Positions 28,723 to 38,348 of a DNA stretch of 64,000 nucleotides are shown here, one piece after another; the stretch's first letter is position 1, and each line of letters opens with the position of its first letter. This stretch comes from Pseudomonadota bacterium (GTDB lineage: Bacteria; Bdellovibrionota; Bdellovibrionia; Bdellovibrionales; SG-bin7): assembly GCA_034439715.1 (NCBI GenBank), contig JAWXAY010000080.1:39862-103861 (forward strand). The letters run 5' to 3'. The notes under the pieces are model-generated. The model saw nothing but the letters and a program-made list of their open reading frames with translations. It made no database searches and was not told the DNA's origin. The translations under genes were made by a program, and so were the position numbers.

Positions 28723-28735
28723 ACCTTATAACCTT

Positions 28736-30148
28736 TCAAAAATAAAAAAGAGGCCCAACCGATACAAAAAGGCCCATTGAAGAAAGGCCGCTATTTTTGA
28801 TTTCACTATCGAGAGGACTTCCGCCCCGTGCTTTAGCCTTCGAAGTGTTGATCATGTATTGTATTTCTGCCGACAAAATAACCCCCACCCATGATAGTGA
28901 TTTGTATTTTGGAAAAGTAAATATTCTATCGACGCCGCCAGCGGCGGTCAAAACATTGTAGGTCACCTTGTCATTGGTATAACAATTAGATCCACAGCCT
29001 GAATTTTCGACACTGAATTGCAGCGCCGCTTCGCCTAATCCTACTCGATAGAAAAAAGACCAATTGCGAGTGGGCTCAAAACGTTCGCCAAAACTTAAAG
29101 TGTTCACCTCGACCTGAGCGTAATTTTTTGGGCCGGTGGAAGAAAGCCCCTGGTCCTGATTTTGCTCAAAACTAGTTAGAGCTAAGAAATAGGTATGTTT
29201 TTTTTGATGAAAGTAAGCTTGGATACGCCCACCTTTTAACCCCTCACCGGCGTTATCTTTGATTGCAGCACTGTCATGTTCGATGCCGGCACCACCCAAT
29301 ACCAGACCGACATTTAAGCGATAAGTAGCAGGTTTTATTGGTTCCTCTTGAATCCCACTTTCTTTGGGTTGAGGGAGTTCCTGATTTATTTTCCACAGGT
29401 CATGTGGATGAGGCTGATTTTTGACAATCACCCAGTAGTTTTCTTTGCCTTTATAAATATTCGTCGCTTCGAGCCGTCCGCTTTGGGCCTGGCCTTCGCC
29501 AGATCTCATTAAAAGTTTTTTATTGTGATAAAGTAGTTCGCCGCCAAACAGAGTTAAAGGTTTGCCATCGATAACTATTTTTTCTTCATGGCCCAAAGGA
29601 CAAAGCCAACGAAGCGAGGTGGTTTTTATCTGCCAGATACTTACATCATCAACCTTGGGGGCCTCAACCACTCCAGGGCCAAAAGCGACCGCCAGACAGC
29701 GTTTTTGGGTAATGAATTTTAGGTATGCACCACTAGCTAAAACAAATTCATCTCCCCTGCGGACTAGAGATTTAAATTGAGGGGCAGGAGTTTTTTTTGG
29801 GTCAACCCAATCGACTTCTCCTGAAACATATTGAACTACCCCCTCAAAATCGCTGGCGGGACTACTCATGTCAATTTTTTCAGTGGCCCCTTCGAGTTGG
29901 GGTACGCCGTCTTTAAAGGTCACGAGCGAGGGATCAAGTGGTATGAAACCTTCAGGCATTTTGTGTTTTTTGGGCAGTTTTTTGGATACTTTCTTAGATT
30001 TTTTAGGGGTAACGGCTGCCGGGATATCAGGCTCCGACGCTGCCTCAGTCTCTGCGTTTTGGGCCGCGAGGTTGAAACTTAAAAAAAGCATAAGGAAGGT
30101 TAGTGGCAGGCTTGCCCAAAGGGATTTTTTCTTTACTAAGATAGCCAT
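28736..30148 (-). CDS. Secreted hypothetical protein, FecR-like middle region and probable C-terminal beta-barrel
   Basis: Signal peptide, Lys/Pro-rich linker, beta-rich segment, amphipathic strands ending ...VGPLFYF. Confidence 0.5.
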   Translation of the reverse strand: MAILVKKKSLWASLPLTFLMLFLSFNLAAQNAETEAASEPDIPAAVTPKKSKKVSKKLPKKHKMPEGFIPLDPSLVTFKDGVPQLEGATEKIDMSSPASDFEGVVQYVSGEVDWVDPKKTPAPQFKSLVRRGDEFVLASGAYLKFITQKRCLAVAFGPGVVEAPKVDDVSIWQIKTTSLRWLCPLGHEEKIVIDGKPLTLFGGELLYHNKKLLMRSGEGQAQSGRLEATNIYKGKENYWVIVKNQPHPHDLWKINQELPQPKESGIQEEPIKPATYRLNVGLVLGGAGIEHDSAAIKDNAGEGLKGGRIQAYFHQKKHTYFLALTSFEQNQDQGLSSTGPKNYAQVEVNTLSFGERFEPTRNWSFFYRVGLGEAALQFSVENSGCGSNCYTNDKVTYNVLTAAGGVDRIFTFPKYKSLSWVGVILSAEIQYMINTSKAKARGGSPLDSEIKNSGLSSMGLFVSVGPLFYF

Positions 30149-30238
30149 ATTCAGTAATGTAACCCGAATTTGAAACCTATGGTTAGACCTTGATGCTACG
30201 CTTAACGCTACGCATTCAGCGTCGAGAAAAGGATTCTA

Positions 30239-31099
30239 GTGGAAGCTCAAGAATTACGCAAAACTTTAGAGGAACTCGATAAAAAATTTTCCTCAAGTGA
30301 TTGGTATAAAAGTCTCGATGAAAGAAAAGTGGCAGAGCTAGAATTTCATAATCGCGATCGCGATAAAACACTCGTTGAGAGTCTGCCCCAAGATGCTTAC
30401 GAGATGTTACATGGTAACAAAAAATTCTATACGACGGTTGAGACTTCGACCAAGTACGTAGAAGAGTGGATAAAAAACAATGTGCGTGGAAAAGTATTTT
30501 TGGATTATGCCTGTGGCAATGGTGCTAATGGCATTAAGGCCGCGCAATTGGGAGCCGCGCTTTCGATAGGCCTTGATATCAGCGATGTGTCTGTGCGTAA
30601 TGCTAGAGAGCAAGGCAAAAAACTTGGCCTCGATGCGAACACTTTTTTTATTCAAGGTGATTGTGAAAATACGGGGCTGCCGAACGAATCTGTTGATGTC
30701 ATTATTTGCAGTGGGATGCTTCATCATTTAGATTTGAGTTTTGCTTTTCCCGAACTTCGAAGAATTTTAAAGCCAGGTGGAGTTATTCTTTGTGTTGAGG
30801 CCTTAGACTACAACCCTATCATTAAGCTTTATCGCATACTGACTCCGTCAATGCGAACGGTCTGGGAAAAAAATCACATATTAACTTTAAAAGACATTAC
30901 ATTTGCTAAAAAGTTTTTTGCTGTCGGAGAAGTTAAATATTGGCATATGTTTTCGATTGGTGCGGCCTATATTAAAAATGAAACTTTAAAAAAGAGCTTT
31001 CTTTCTTTATTTAATAGTGTCGATGAGTTTTTAACCCGAGTGCCTGGCCTTCAACTATTAGCATGGCAATTTACATTTGAACTCCATAAACCGAGGTAA
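30239..31099 (+). CDS. Class I SAM-dependent methyltransferase
   Basis: LDYACGNG, GLDISD, GMLHHL, RILKPGG. Confidence 0.88.
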   Translation: MEAQELRKTLEELDKKFSSSDWYKSLDERKVAELEFHNRDRDKTLVESLPQDAYEMLHGNKKFYTTVETSTKYVEEWIKNNVRGKVFLDYACGNGANGIKAAQLGAALSIGLDISDVSVRNAREQGKKLGLDANTFFIQGDCENTGLPNESVDVIICSGMLHHLDLSFAFPELRRILKPGGVILCVEALDYNPIIKLYRILTPSMRTVWEKNHILTLKDITFAKKFFAVGEVKYWHMFSIGAAYIKNETLKKSFLSLFNSVDEFLTRVPGLQLLAWQFTFELHKPR

Positions 31100-31102
31100 T
31101 TT

Positions 31103-31855
31103 TTGCAGCCGACCAGTCTCTATGATTTACGAGGAGAAAAGGCGCTTTCCGATAAATCAAGTTATAGTCTTCCCCAGTCCATCCTAACTCCCTATGAATA
31201 TGCGCGCACGCTTGTGCCTCAGGTGTTCCCAGGTGGTAAAAAGTTTTTAGACCTTTGTTGTGGAATTGGCATCCATTCCCTATGGGCGCTAACGAAGGGA
31301 TATGAGGTTGTTGGCGTGGATCTTTCTGCAAAGTCGATTGAAGCGGCACGGAAAGTGTTTTCCGAGAAGGTTGAACCACAGTCAGTGCCGGCGGAATTTC
31401 ACTTAGGCGATGCGCTTGAGTTTTTATCCCGTGGATCGCAATATGAAGTTATTTTTATGTCGGGAAGTCTCTATTATTTTCAACTCAACGAGATTGTCCC
31501 AAAAGTTTTGAGTTCATTAAAAACAGGCGGAAGTTTTATTTGTGTCGAAACTTTTGCCGATAATCCGTTTATGGCACTCTATCGTAAAATTCGTTATGGA
31601 CTTTGGAAGAAAAGAGATCGGGCTTCTGTTGAAAATCTTATGGGCAGTGTTGAAATAAAAAAACTTGAAAATTTTTTTGTTAAATCGAGCACTAAATACT
31701 TCGATTTTACCACTCTTGCTACGGGACTCCTGCCAGAAAGATTGGCGGGGGGTACGGTATTGCGGCTTGCTAGGCGAACAGATAATTTTCTGCTAAACTC
31801 ATTAAACCTGAGGGGACTAAGTTATAAGTTCGTATTTCATGGAGTTAAACTTTAA
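31103..31855 (+). CDS. Class I SAM-dependent methyltransferase
   Basis: LDLCCGIG, GVDLS, LKTGG; appears related to the upstream methyltransferase (NP...LYR). Confidence 0.8.
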   Translation: MQPTSLYDLRGEKALSDKSSYSLPQSILTPYEYARTLVPQVFPGGKKFLDLCCGIGIHSLWALTKGYEVVGVDLSAKSIEAARKVFSEKVEPQSVPAEFHLGDALEFLSRGSQYEVIFMSGSLYYFQLNEIVPKVLSSLKTGGSFICVETFADNPFMALYRKIRYGLWKKRDRASVENLMGSVEIKKLENFFVKSSTKYFDFTTLATGLLPERLAGGTVLRLARRTDNFLLNSLNLRGLSYKFVFHGVKL

Positions 31856-31858
31856 ATT

Positions 31859-33118
31859 ATGAAAATTTGGGTACTAGAAATTGGCGAGCCACTTCCACTT
31901 GAAAAAGATGTGCGGTTACATCGATATGGCCAGTTTACAAAATACCTAGCAGCTAAGGGGCATGATGTAACATGGTGGACTTCTAGTTTTAGCCATACCC
32001 CTAAAACACATGTTGTTGAGAGTGACCAGGATATTGGTCTCGATGGTGTAAACATAAAGTTCTTATTTGGCTCTGGATACAAAAAAAATGTATCGATGGC
32101 GCGAATCCGTCACAACAGACGTTTTGCCAAAAGTTTTTACGAAAAAACCAGCTCATGTCCCAAGCCTGATTTAATAATTGCACCTATTCCCATCATTGAG
32201 GCTGCCGAGAGGGCGGTTCGGTATGGCAAAGAAAAAGGTGTGCCAGTATTAGTTGATATCAGAGATTACTGGCCTGATGAATTGGTAGATTTGGCACCTA
32301 AAGTTTTACGGCCACTCGCGCGAGTGATGTTGTCGCGGGCCTTTTCTTCGATGAAGTATGTTTGTCTGAATGCTAATGGCATTATGGGCGTGTCTCAATC
32401 CTATGTCGACTATGGACTTAAGTTTGCTCAGCGCTCGCAAAACCTGAATGATTTGCTCTTTCCACTGGGATATTCACAGAAAAAATATACTGATCCTGAA
32501 ATGCTACAGGGGCGGATTTGGCGAAAAGAATTAAATCTCAATATGCATGCCTTTAAAATTTGTTTTTTCGGCACTATCGGCCGTTTTTTTGATCTCGAGA
32601 CAGTGATCAAGGCGGCTCGTATTTTAGAAAAAGAGTTTTCGGTGCTTTTTATTTTAGGGGGCGATGGCAGCAATTTAGCAAAATATAAAAAAATGGCTGC
32701 AGGGTCGAAGTCAGTTTTATTTACGGGTTGGCTCAACGGTCCGCAAATTTCGGCGATCATGGAGATCTCTCATGCCGGGCTGGCGCCCTATAAGCACGAC
32801 GCTAAAATGTCGCTACCCAATAAACCTTTTGAGTACATGGCTGGTGGCCTGCCGATTATTTCAAGTATTCAGGGCGAACTGAAAGCATGGCTTACAAAAT
32901 TTAATTGTGGAATTACCTATCGGGCTAACTCTGTTGAAGAACTCTGCCAAGCGATCAGGATGCTCAAACGTCAGGAGGCCGTTAGAAACATGATGAGCAA
33001 AAATGCGCGCAATTTGCTGGAAGAGCATTTCTCAACGGAAAAAGTCTATTTACGCGCGCTGGAGCATATTAAGAAAGTGGTGGCTACTTTTTCGGCCAGG
33101 CCGCAGCCGCCGAACTAA
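31859..33118 (+). CDS. GT4 family glycosyltransferase (WbuB-like)
   Basis: DIRDYWPD, FFGTIG, PNKPFEYMAGGLPII. Confidence 0.88.
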   Translation: MKIWVLEIGEPLPLEKDVRLHRYGQFTKYLAAKGHDVTWWTSSFSHTPKTHVVESDQDIGLDGVNIKFLFGSGYKKNVSMARIRHNRRFAKSFYEKTSSCPKPDLIIAPIPIIEAAERAVRYGKEKGVPVLVDIRDYWPDELVDLAPKVLRPLARVMLSRAFSSMKYVCLNANGIMGVSQSYVDYGLKFAQRSQNLNDLLFPLGYSQKKYTDPEMLQGRIWRKELNLNMHAFKICFFGTIGRFFDLETVIKAARILEKEFSVLFILGGDGSNLAKYKKMAAGSKSVLFTGWLNGPQISAIMEISHAGLAPYKHDAKMSLPNKPFEYMAGGLPIISSIQGELKAWLTKFNCGITYRANSVEELCQAIRMLKRQEAVRNMMSKNARNLLEEHFSTEKVYLRALEHIKKVVATFSARPQPPN

Positions 33119-34262
33119 CATCGGGAGTTAGGCTACGTGGGGAATTGCCGTGGCAGTTCAAGCAAGCGTAGGGCAATTTTTGATCATGATACGTTGTTTG
33201 CCTAACAAAAATTCCAGTGTCGCCATTTAATTTATAAAATACTGGGACCCACACTCGCTTATCAGCTTGATAGGCAAAGGCCTTTATTGCAGTCACATTA
33301 TCCTTAGCGTCGATGAGTTCGAGAATACGAATTTCATTCCCTCGATTTTGCGATACCGATTTATAGGTTTCTTTGCTGTATTTAGCGGTCAACCTATCTT
33401 GGGATTGTTTTAGGTTAACCGATTTTGTGCGGCTCCAATGCTTAGTATCCTTTATATATAGTGCCTGGTTTATTATTTCATCTAGGTTTATGGGATCGGA
33501 GGCGGCTTGTTCGGGTTCAATTTGAGGTAGACTTGCCAACATGCGATCGGGAGTTGGAACTTTCTTCTTTTTGTTTGCCTTAGGCTGAGATACGGGCGCA
33601 CCGCTAACATAACCTTGGTCCATGACGAGACCTTCGATGTCTCTAAGTTTGGCGATAATGGTATCTAGACGATTATTGACATTATTAAAGGGCTCGCGAA
33701 CGTTGTCTTGAATAACTTTTCGAACGCGATCTTCAATTTCAACCGCTTGAGAGTTGTTACCTTTGCCTGTGGGAATGGTGTTTGAGTTTTTGTCGTAATT
33801 CACACCAATGCGATCAAGCATTTGATTGATTTGACCACGTTGGCTTTCATCAAAGGGTGATTTGTTCCACGACACCGGAGTATTTCTTAGCTCTATCGCC
33901 GAGTTTCTGTAATCATTTGCACTTTGTTGTTCACGTGGAGTGAGGGGTCCACCATTTGCTCCGCGATCATAGTAGTAGCTGCCTAAATCACGAGTGTCGT
34001 AAGTGGGAGTACGTGGCGCCCCACCGCCTCCGATTCCGCCTCCTCCGCGACCCGGTCTGGGTGTCGGCGTGCTTGTAGTTGGTGGCTCAGGTTTAGGTGG
34101 ATTTGTGGTTCCACCACCAGTCGCGGGTTCGCGACCCATAAAGTCGCGCGCGCGCCTTCTTATCTCTGACTGCTCGGGACCGCAACTACTGTCTGACCGA
34201 GACGGGCAAGGCAAGAGGATTCCAAGGAAGCACAGCATGCAAAAAATAACTACATTACGCAA
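33084..34262 (-). CDS. Secreted Pro/Gly-rich protein with a single C-terminal CxxCH haem-binding motif
   Basis: Signal peptide; low-complexity PPKPEPPTTSTPTPRPGRGGGGIGGGG; ACLNCHG near the C-terminus. Confidence 0.55.
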   Translation of the reverse strand: MRNVVIFCMLCFLGILLPCPSRSDSSCGPEQSEIRRRARDFMGREPATGGGTTNPPKPEPPTTSTPTPRPGRGGGGIGGGGAPRTPTYDTRDLGSYYYDRGANGGPLTPREQQSANDYRNSAIELRNTPVSWNKSPFDESQRGQINQMLDRIGVNYDKNSNTIPTGKGNNSQAVEIEDRVRKVIQDNVREPFNNVNNRLDTIIAKLRDIEGLVMDQGYVSGAPVSQPKANKKKKVPTPDRMLASLPQIEPEQAASDPINLDEIINQALYIKDTKHWSRTKSVNLKQSQDRLTAKYSKETYKSVSQNRGNEIRILELIDAKDNVTAIKAFAYQADKRVWVPVFYKLNGDTGIFVRQTTYHDQKLPYACLNCHGNSPRSLTPDVSSAAAAWPKK

Positions 34263-35953
34263 TACATGTCTCCCAGATTCACCAGTTTATTGATATCAAA
34301 CTCACCTTTTCCTTTAAGGCCCGACCTTATTCTTTCTATCAATTCATTTTGTGTATCGGTTTCTGAAGTGGTCTTAGATTCTGGTAGTCTTGCAAGATAG
34401 GCCATTAAAAGATTTAATTTACTGCTGGTCGGAAATTCAGTGCTGTCGTTTTCTGATTGAGCCATTTTTCTACCATAAGCATTTAATAATGCGGGCAACT
34501 CGGGATCATCATTTATTTTTTTGGCCAATCCTATTGCATTATTTTTCATATCAATTACAAATGCATTAAAGTGTGGGCCTTTACAGTTTTGGGCTGTTTT
34601 TAGACCTAATTGAACTAGCATACCAGTAATGCCACTCGAACTGATTTTCTGACCTAAAACTCTAAAAGCATTATTAAACTCGACGTCCTTTTCATTTACC
34701 TCTGCTATAGTAGCAGTTCTTTTTATTTTTTCGTAATAACTTGTTATTGACTCACAACCCGTCTTGTCTTCAGCGAGAAAGCTAAGGACTTCTTTTTCTT
34801 TAGTAGGTGCGAATGATATTATTCCCGACATAAATCCTCGGTCCATTACTTCTGTACCTAATATGGAATCGCCCCAGGTAACGCCACGAATTCTAGAGTT
34901 GGCGCCTTTAGCAGCCAACTTTGAACAAACTTTAGAAATCATATGAGGGTATCTTGATAGCATTTGTCCAGTTGCCACCGGATAATTCTTGATAAAGAAA
35001 TCTAAGTCCTTAACTTCATCTTTGGTCCCATAGGTTACAACGACTTCGTCGAGACGATTAAGATTCGAACCTTTTCCCAGTAGTTCTGCGGCTCGAAATC
35101 TGATTTCTTGCCTAATTTGTTCTCGTTTTTCTTTAAAAGGAGTCGACAGTGGATCAACATTTGCAATTAAGTCGTTTTCGAGTTCGAAGTCATCTTCTAA
35201 CAATAGTGTAATCGGGTGGCTTCTTAATTTTAGATTAGAGATGTTTTCAGACCTAACCAGTTGGGCCAGTTCGACGTTTAATTCTTGAAGCTTTTTAATC
35301 GATTCAGGTTTTGACCGTGCCTCTGCGAGTAGTTTTTTGTTTTTTTCACAGCGGGCAAGGTATGATTTGTCCGACAAGAACTGAAGCATTTTGGAATTAT
35401 AATCAAGAGTAAGTGACTCCAGATCCATGAATGTTTTTTTGGGATTTTTAGCCAGTTCTTTTTTTAGATTGGCGACTTCCGTTTCCTGACTTTTGGTACA
35501 ATTGGCGCCGAGATTTACAGAGAAACTCAAACCTTTACACAAATCATCATTGGTAACTTCGTTAGGTTCTTTGTATGTGTCCGTAATCTGACTGTAAGTT
35601 TCTGCTAAGTTGTGAAATGCTTTTTTCTGAACTTCCTGTACGAAATCTTTTTCGCCAATAGCTTTTAATTCTTGATTTAGTTTACTGAGTTTGGCCTCCA
35701 TCAATGAAGCGCAGGCAATTTTTTGAAGGCTCTCACTATTTATACTTTTATTTTTTAGGCATTCTGCGAATTGAATTGCTATGTCTCGACTGGCTTTGAA
35801 TCTTCCGGGGTCTGAAGTCTTATTTGGGTCAATCTTAGAAAGGGAATTCAGATATTGCTCTAAAGGCCCATGAGATTGAGCCCAGGTGAGGGGTGACGTA
35901 AATTGTAATATCGCTAATGTGACTATATTTATTAAAACTTTCATATTGATCAA
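34250..35953 (-). CDS. Secreted hypothetical protein (helical, several Cys)
   Basis: 567-aa ORF with a signal-peptide-like N-terminus (..TWA/QS); no recognisable motif; overlaps the next gene by 13 bp. Confidence 0.65.
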   Translation of the reverse strand: MINMKVLINIVTLAILQFTSPLTWAQSHGPLEQYLNSLSKIDPNKTSDPGRFKASRDIAIQFAECLKNKSINSESLQKIACASLMEAKLSKLNQELKAIGEKDFVQEVQKKAFHNLAETYSQITDTYKEPNEVTNDDLCKGLSFSVNLGANCTKSQETEVANLKKELAKNPKKTFMDLESLTLDYNSKMLQFLSDKSYLARCEKNKKLLAEARSKPESIKKLQELNVELAQLVRSENISNLKLRSHPITLLLEDDFELENDLIANVDPLSTPFKEKREQIRQEIRFRAAELLGKGSNLNRLDEVVVTYGTKDEVKDLDFFIKNYPVATGQMLSRYPHMISKVCSKLAAKGANSRIRGVTWGDSILGTEVMDRGFMSGIISFAPTKEKEVLSFLAEDKTGCESITSYYEKIKRTATIAEVNEKDVEFNNAFRVLGQKISSSGITGMLVQLGLKTAQNCKGPHFNAFVIDMKNNAIGLAKKINDDPELPALLNAYGRKMAQSENDSTEFPTSSKLNLLMAYLARLPESKTTSETDTQNELIERIRSGLKGKGEFDINKLVNLGDMYCVM

Positions 35954-35988
35954 CCTATCGGAATTCTTAAATTAAACGTGATGGTTAA

Positions 35989-36004
35989 GGGTATACTAAT
36001 TGCA
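35989..36004 (+). promoter_or_regulatory. Candidate sigma54 -24/-12 promoter
   Basis: GGGTATACTAATTGCA has GG-N10-GC spacing with TTGCA at -12, about 55 bp upstream of the 36059 ATG, which has a GAGGAG RBS. Confidence 0.5.
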
Positions 36005-36058
36005 AAACTAATCCTTAGTTAAGGTGAATTAAATTAAGACAACCTGAGGAGATTCATA

Positions 36059-36616
36059 ATGAAAATACTTTTGACACTTTGCTGTTTTTTGTCACTTCAA
36101 GCCTTTGGTGCTGAAAAGGATCTAACTGAATGGTCAGACGGCATTTATAACAACCCGCAGGAGATAAATGACCTACTTCGATCGGCAGACAAAACCTGCA
36201 CTATAAAATTTTTGTCGAACGAAATAACAAAGTCTCAAATTGAGAAGGGATCATCCATCACTGAAGTGACCTTGAAAAAAGAGTCTGAAGGTGCTTGGAT
36301 CACCCTCAAGTTTGATGTATTTAGAAGCAAAGAAGGAACGGTTTATATAGATAAAGGTTTTAAGTCAGCTTGTGTAAAGCGCAGCTCAATTATTGGTGAC
36401 GCCGCCGAAACCAATATACCTAACCTAATTTTGGCTCTAAACAGTGGTTTACTAAATTCGCCTTGGAACCAGCCAGAAGTTTTAGGTGGGCCTCACCGTA
36501 CAGAAGCCAAGCAATTGGCTAATGTAACAAATACGACTCCTGTGACTCTCGTTTCTAGTGATTCAGAAGATAGATACAATCATCAGATCGATGTTAACAA
36601 ACCCTCTGCACTATAA
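36059..36616 (+). CDS. Secreted hypothetical protein
   Basis: GAGGAG RBS; signal peptide MKILLTLCCFLSLQAFG/A. Confidence 0.7.
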   Translation: MKILLTLCCFLSLQAFGAEKDLTEWSDGIYNNPQEINDLLRSADKTCTIKFLSNEITKSQIEKGSSITEVTLKKESEGAWITLKFDVFRSKEGTVYIDKGFKSACVKRSSIIGDAAETNIPNLILALNSGLLNSPWNQPEVLGGPHRTEAKQLANVTNTTPVTLVSSDSEDRYNHQIDVNKPSAL

Positions 36617-36629
36617 TTTCAAAATCTAA

Positions 36630-36650
36630 AGCGTTTCAAAATGAGACGCT
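36630..36650. other. Inverted repeat AGCGTTTCA-aaa-TGAGACGCT between convergent genes (terminator or protein-binding site)
   Basis: 9-bp arms with one T/G pair. Confidence 0.45.
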
Positions 36651-36726
36651 GTTGTAAGGCCACTCTCAAACAAGTCAACCTATAGTGTTCCTAACCCCCA
36701 TTTCGAGTAGACACTCAAAGCACCAG

Positions 36727-37260
36727 CTAACCTTTCACCTTTAAACTCATCGTTAACACAAATTTAGCAATAGGCTCGTCGTTAGGCTGAGCCGACGACC
36801 AAGCCGTAATATGAATGGGAGCGTGAACGCGCTCACCTTTAGTTAAAGCGGCCTCAACGAGTTCGCGGATGGCCGGACCTTCGTCGCAAGAGAAAATCAC
36901 ATCTTCGTGGGCACGTTTCAAAAAATCAGCTTGAAAATCCTTAAAGATTAGCGAAATTTCGCGTTCGCTATCCCTTATATACTTCATTCCGAGCATTCCG
37001 GCAGCGCAATCAGCACCAATAGCGAGTGCACCAAAATACATGCTGCCCAAATGATTCCTGGTCAAACGATTGAGGGGGATTTTTATTGCACAGCGGTCGT
37101 GGTTTAGTTCTAAAACCTTGGGTCCCACCAAAAACAATAACGGGATTTTTGCTAGACCAAAGGCCTTAAGTTGCAGAGTTTCAGTCATCTGGTGGGAGGT
37201 GAGCTTATTGTAAAGATTAGAGACGGACTTTGGTAACTGAGGCATTCGAGGCAATTGCAT
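36727..37260 (-). CDS. Hotdog-fold thioesterase-like protein (DUF4442/YiiD C-terminal-like)
   Basis: IPLNRLTRNHLGSMYFGALAIGAD, FLKRA. Confidence 0.8.
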   Translation of the reverse strand: MQLPRMPQLPKSVSNLYNKLTSHQMTETLQLKAFGLAKIPLLFLVGPKVLELNHDRCAIKIPLNRLTRNHLGSMYFGALAIGADCAAGMLGMKYIRDSEREISLIFKDFQADFLKRAHEDVIFSCDEGPAIRELVEAALTKGERVHAPIHITAWSSAQPNDEPIAKFVLTMSLKVKG

Positions 37261-37349
37261 GTGAGGTCCTCCTGACCAATTAAATTTATACCTAATTTAA
37301 CAGCTGAGATTTCTTCTGTCACTCTCTCGCATACTGTGGCAAATTAATA

Positions 37350-38330
37350 ATGATGATCGAAAAAATCGAAACGGATTTTACGAGGCAATTTAATGTTCGG
37401 TTCCCAATTATTTCTGCCCCCATGTATTTGGTGAGCAATGTTGAGATGGTTGTTAGGACCAATGAGGCGGGGGGACTTGGTACCTTTCCGGCGTTGAACT
37501 ATCGACCCATAGAGAATTTTGGTAAAGCGGTTAAGGAAACAAAATCGCGTACTGTAAACGCTTTTGGCATTAATCTTATTGTACAAAAATCAAATAAATA
37601 TCAACACGCACAACTGGATCTCATATTAGAAAACAAAGTGCCACTTGTTATTACTTCGCTAGGCAGTCCACGCGAAGTTATTCGCAGGGCACACGCTGCG
37701 GGCACAAAGGTCTACTGTGATGTTGTGGGCCTTGAACACGCCAAAAAAGTGGTGGACTTAGGAGCCGACGGCATTATCGCAGTCGGCAGTGGCGCCGGTG
37801 GACACGCCGGCGAGACCTCATTGTTTTCACTAATTCCCTATTTGAAAAAAAATCTAAAAGTACCAATCGTTGCAGCTGGAAGTATTGTTGATGGCAAAGG
37901 TATGGCGGCGGCCCTAGCATTGGGCGCGAGCGCTATTTATATGGGAACCCGTTTTATCGCCACTAAAGAAAGCCCCGCATCAGCGAGTTATAAAAAAGCC
38001 ATTGTCAGCGCGACACCTGAAGATATCATTAACACCGATAAGGTCGATGGCTTTCCGGGTAATTTTATACTTAATGATGGGTTAAAGAAAGTGGGATTAA
38101 GAACGGGATTGATCGAAAGCGCAATCAGTCAAATTAAGCCCATAAAAAAATGGCTCGCGCTCGCCCGTGCGGCCCGCTCGTTATTAGCGTCAGAAAATTC
38201 AAAAGTTTCGTATAAAAATGTATTTTCTGCTGGTTATGGCGTGGGGATGATTGATAATATTCTGAGTATTGAAGAAGTCATGAAAAACACGGTGCAAGAA
38301 TATCTGTCAATTAAAGAAAATTTGCCTTGA
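37350..38330 (+). CDS. Nitronate monooxygenase / FabK-like flavoprotein
   Basis: PIISAPM, AGGLG, FGINL, GAGGHAG, AAGSI.DG, MGTRFIAT.ES. Confidence 0.88.
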   Translation: MMIEKIETDFTRQFNVRFPIISAPMYLVSNVEMVVRTNEAGGLGTFPALNYRPIENFGKAVKETKSRTVNAFGINLIVQKSNKYQHAQLDLILENKVPLVITSLGSPREVIRRAHAAGTKVYCDVVGLEHAKKVVDLGADGIIAVGSGAGGHAGETSLFSLIPYLKKNLKVPIVAAGSIVDGKGMAAALALGASAIYMGTRFIATKESPASASYKKAIVSATPEDIINTDKVDGFPGNFILNDGLKKVGLRTGLIESAISQIKPIKKWLALARAARSLLASENSKVSYKNVFSAGYGVGMIDNILSIEEVMKNTVQEYLSIKENLP

Positions 38331-38348
38331 TGGCTAGTTAGCAAAATT

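Noticed and set aside
34003..34293. Pro-rich plus-strand ORF and GC-rich triplet runs
   Set aside because: Antisense reading of the Gly/Pro-rich tract of the 33084-34262 gene, not a separate gene or repeat array.
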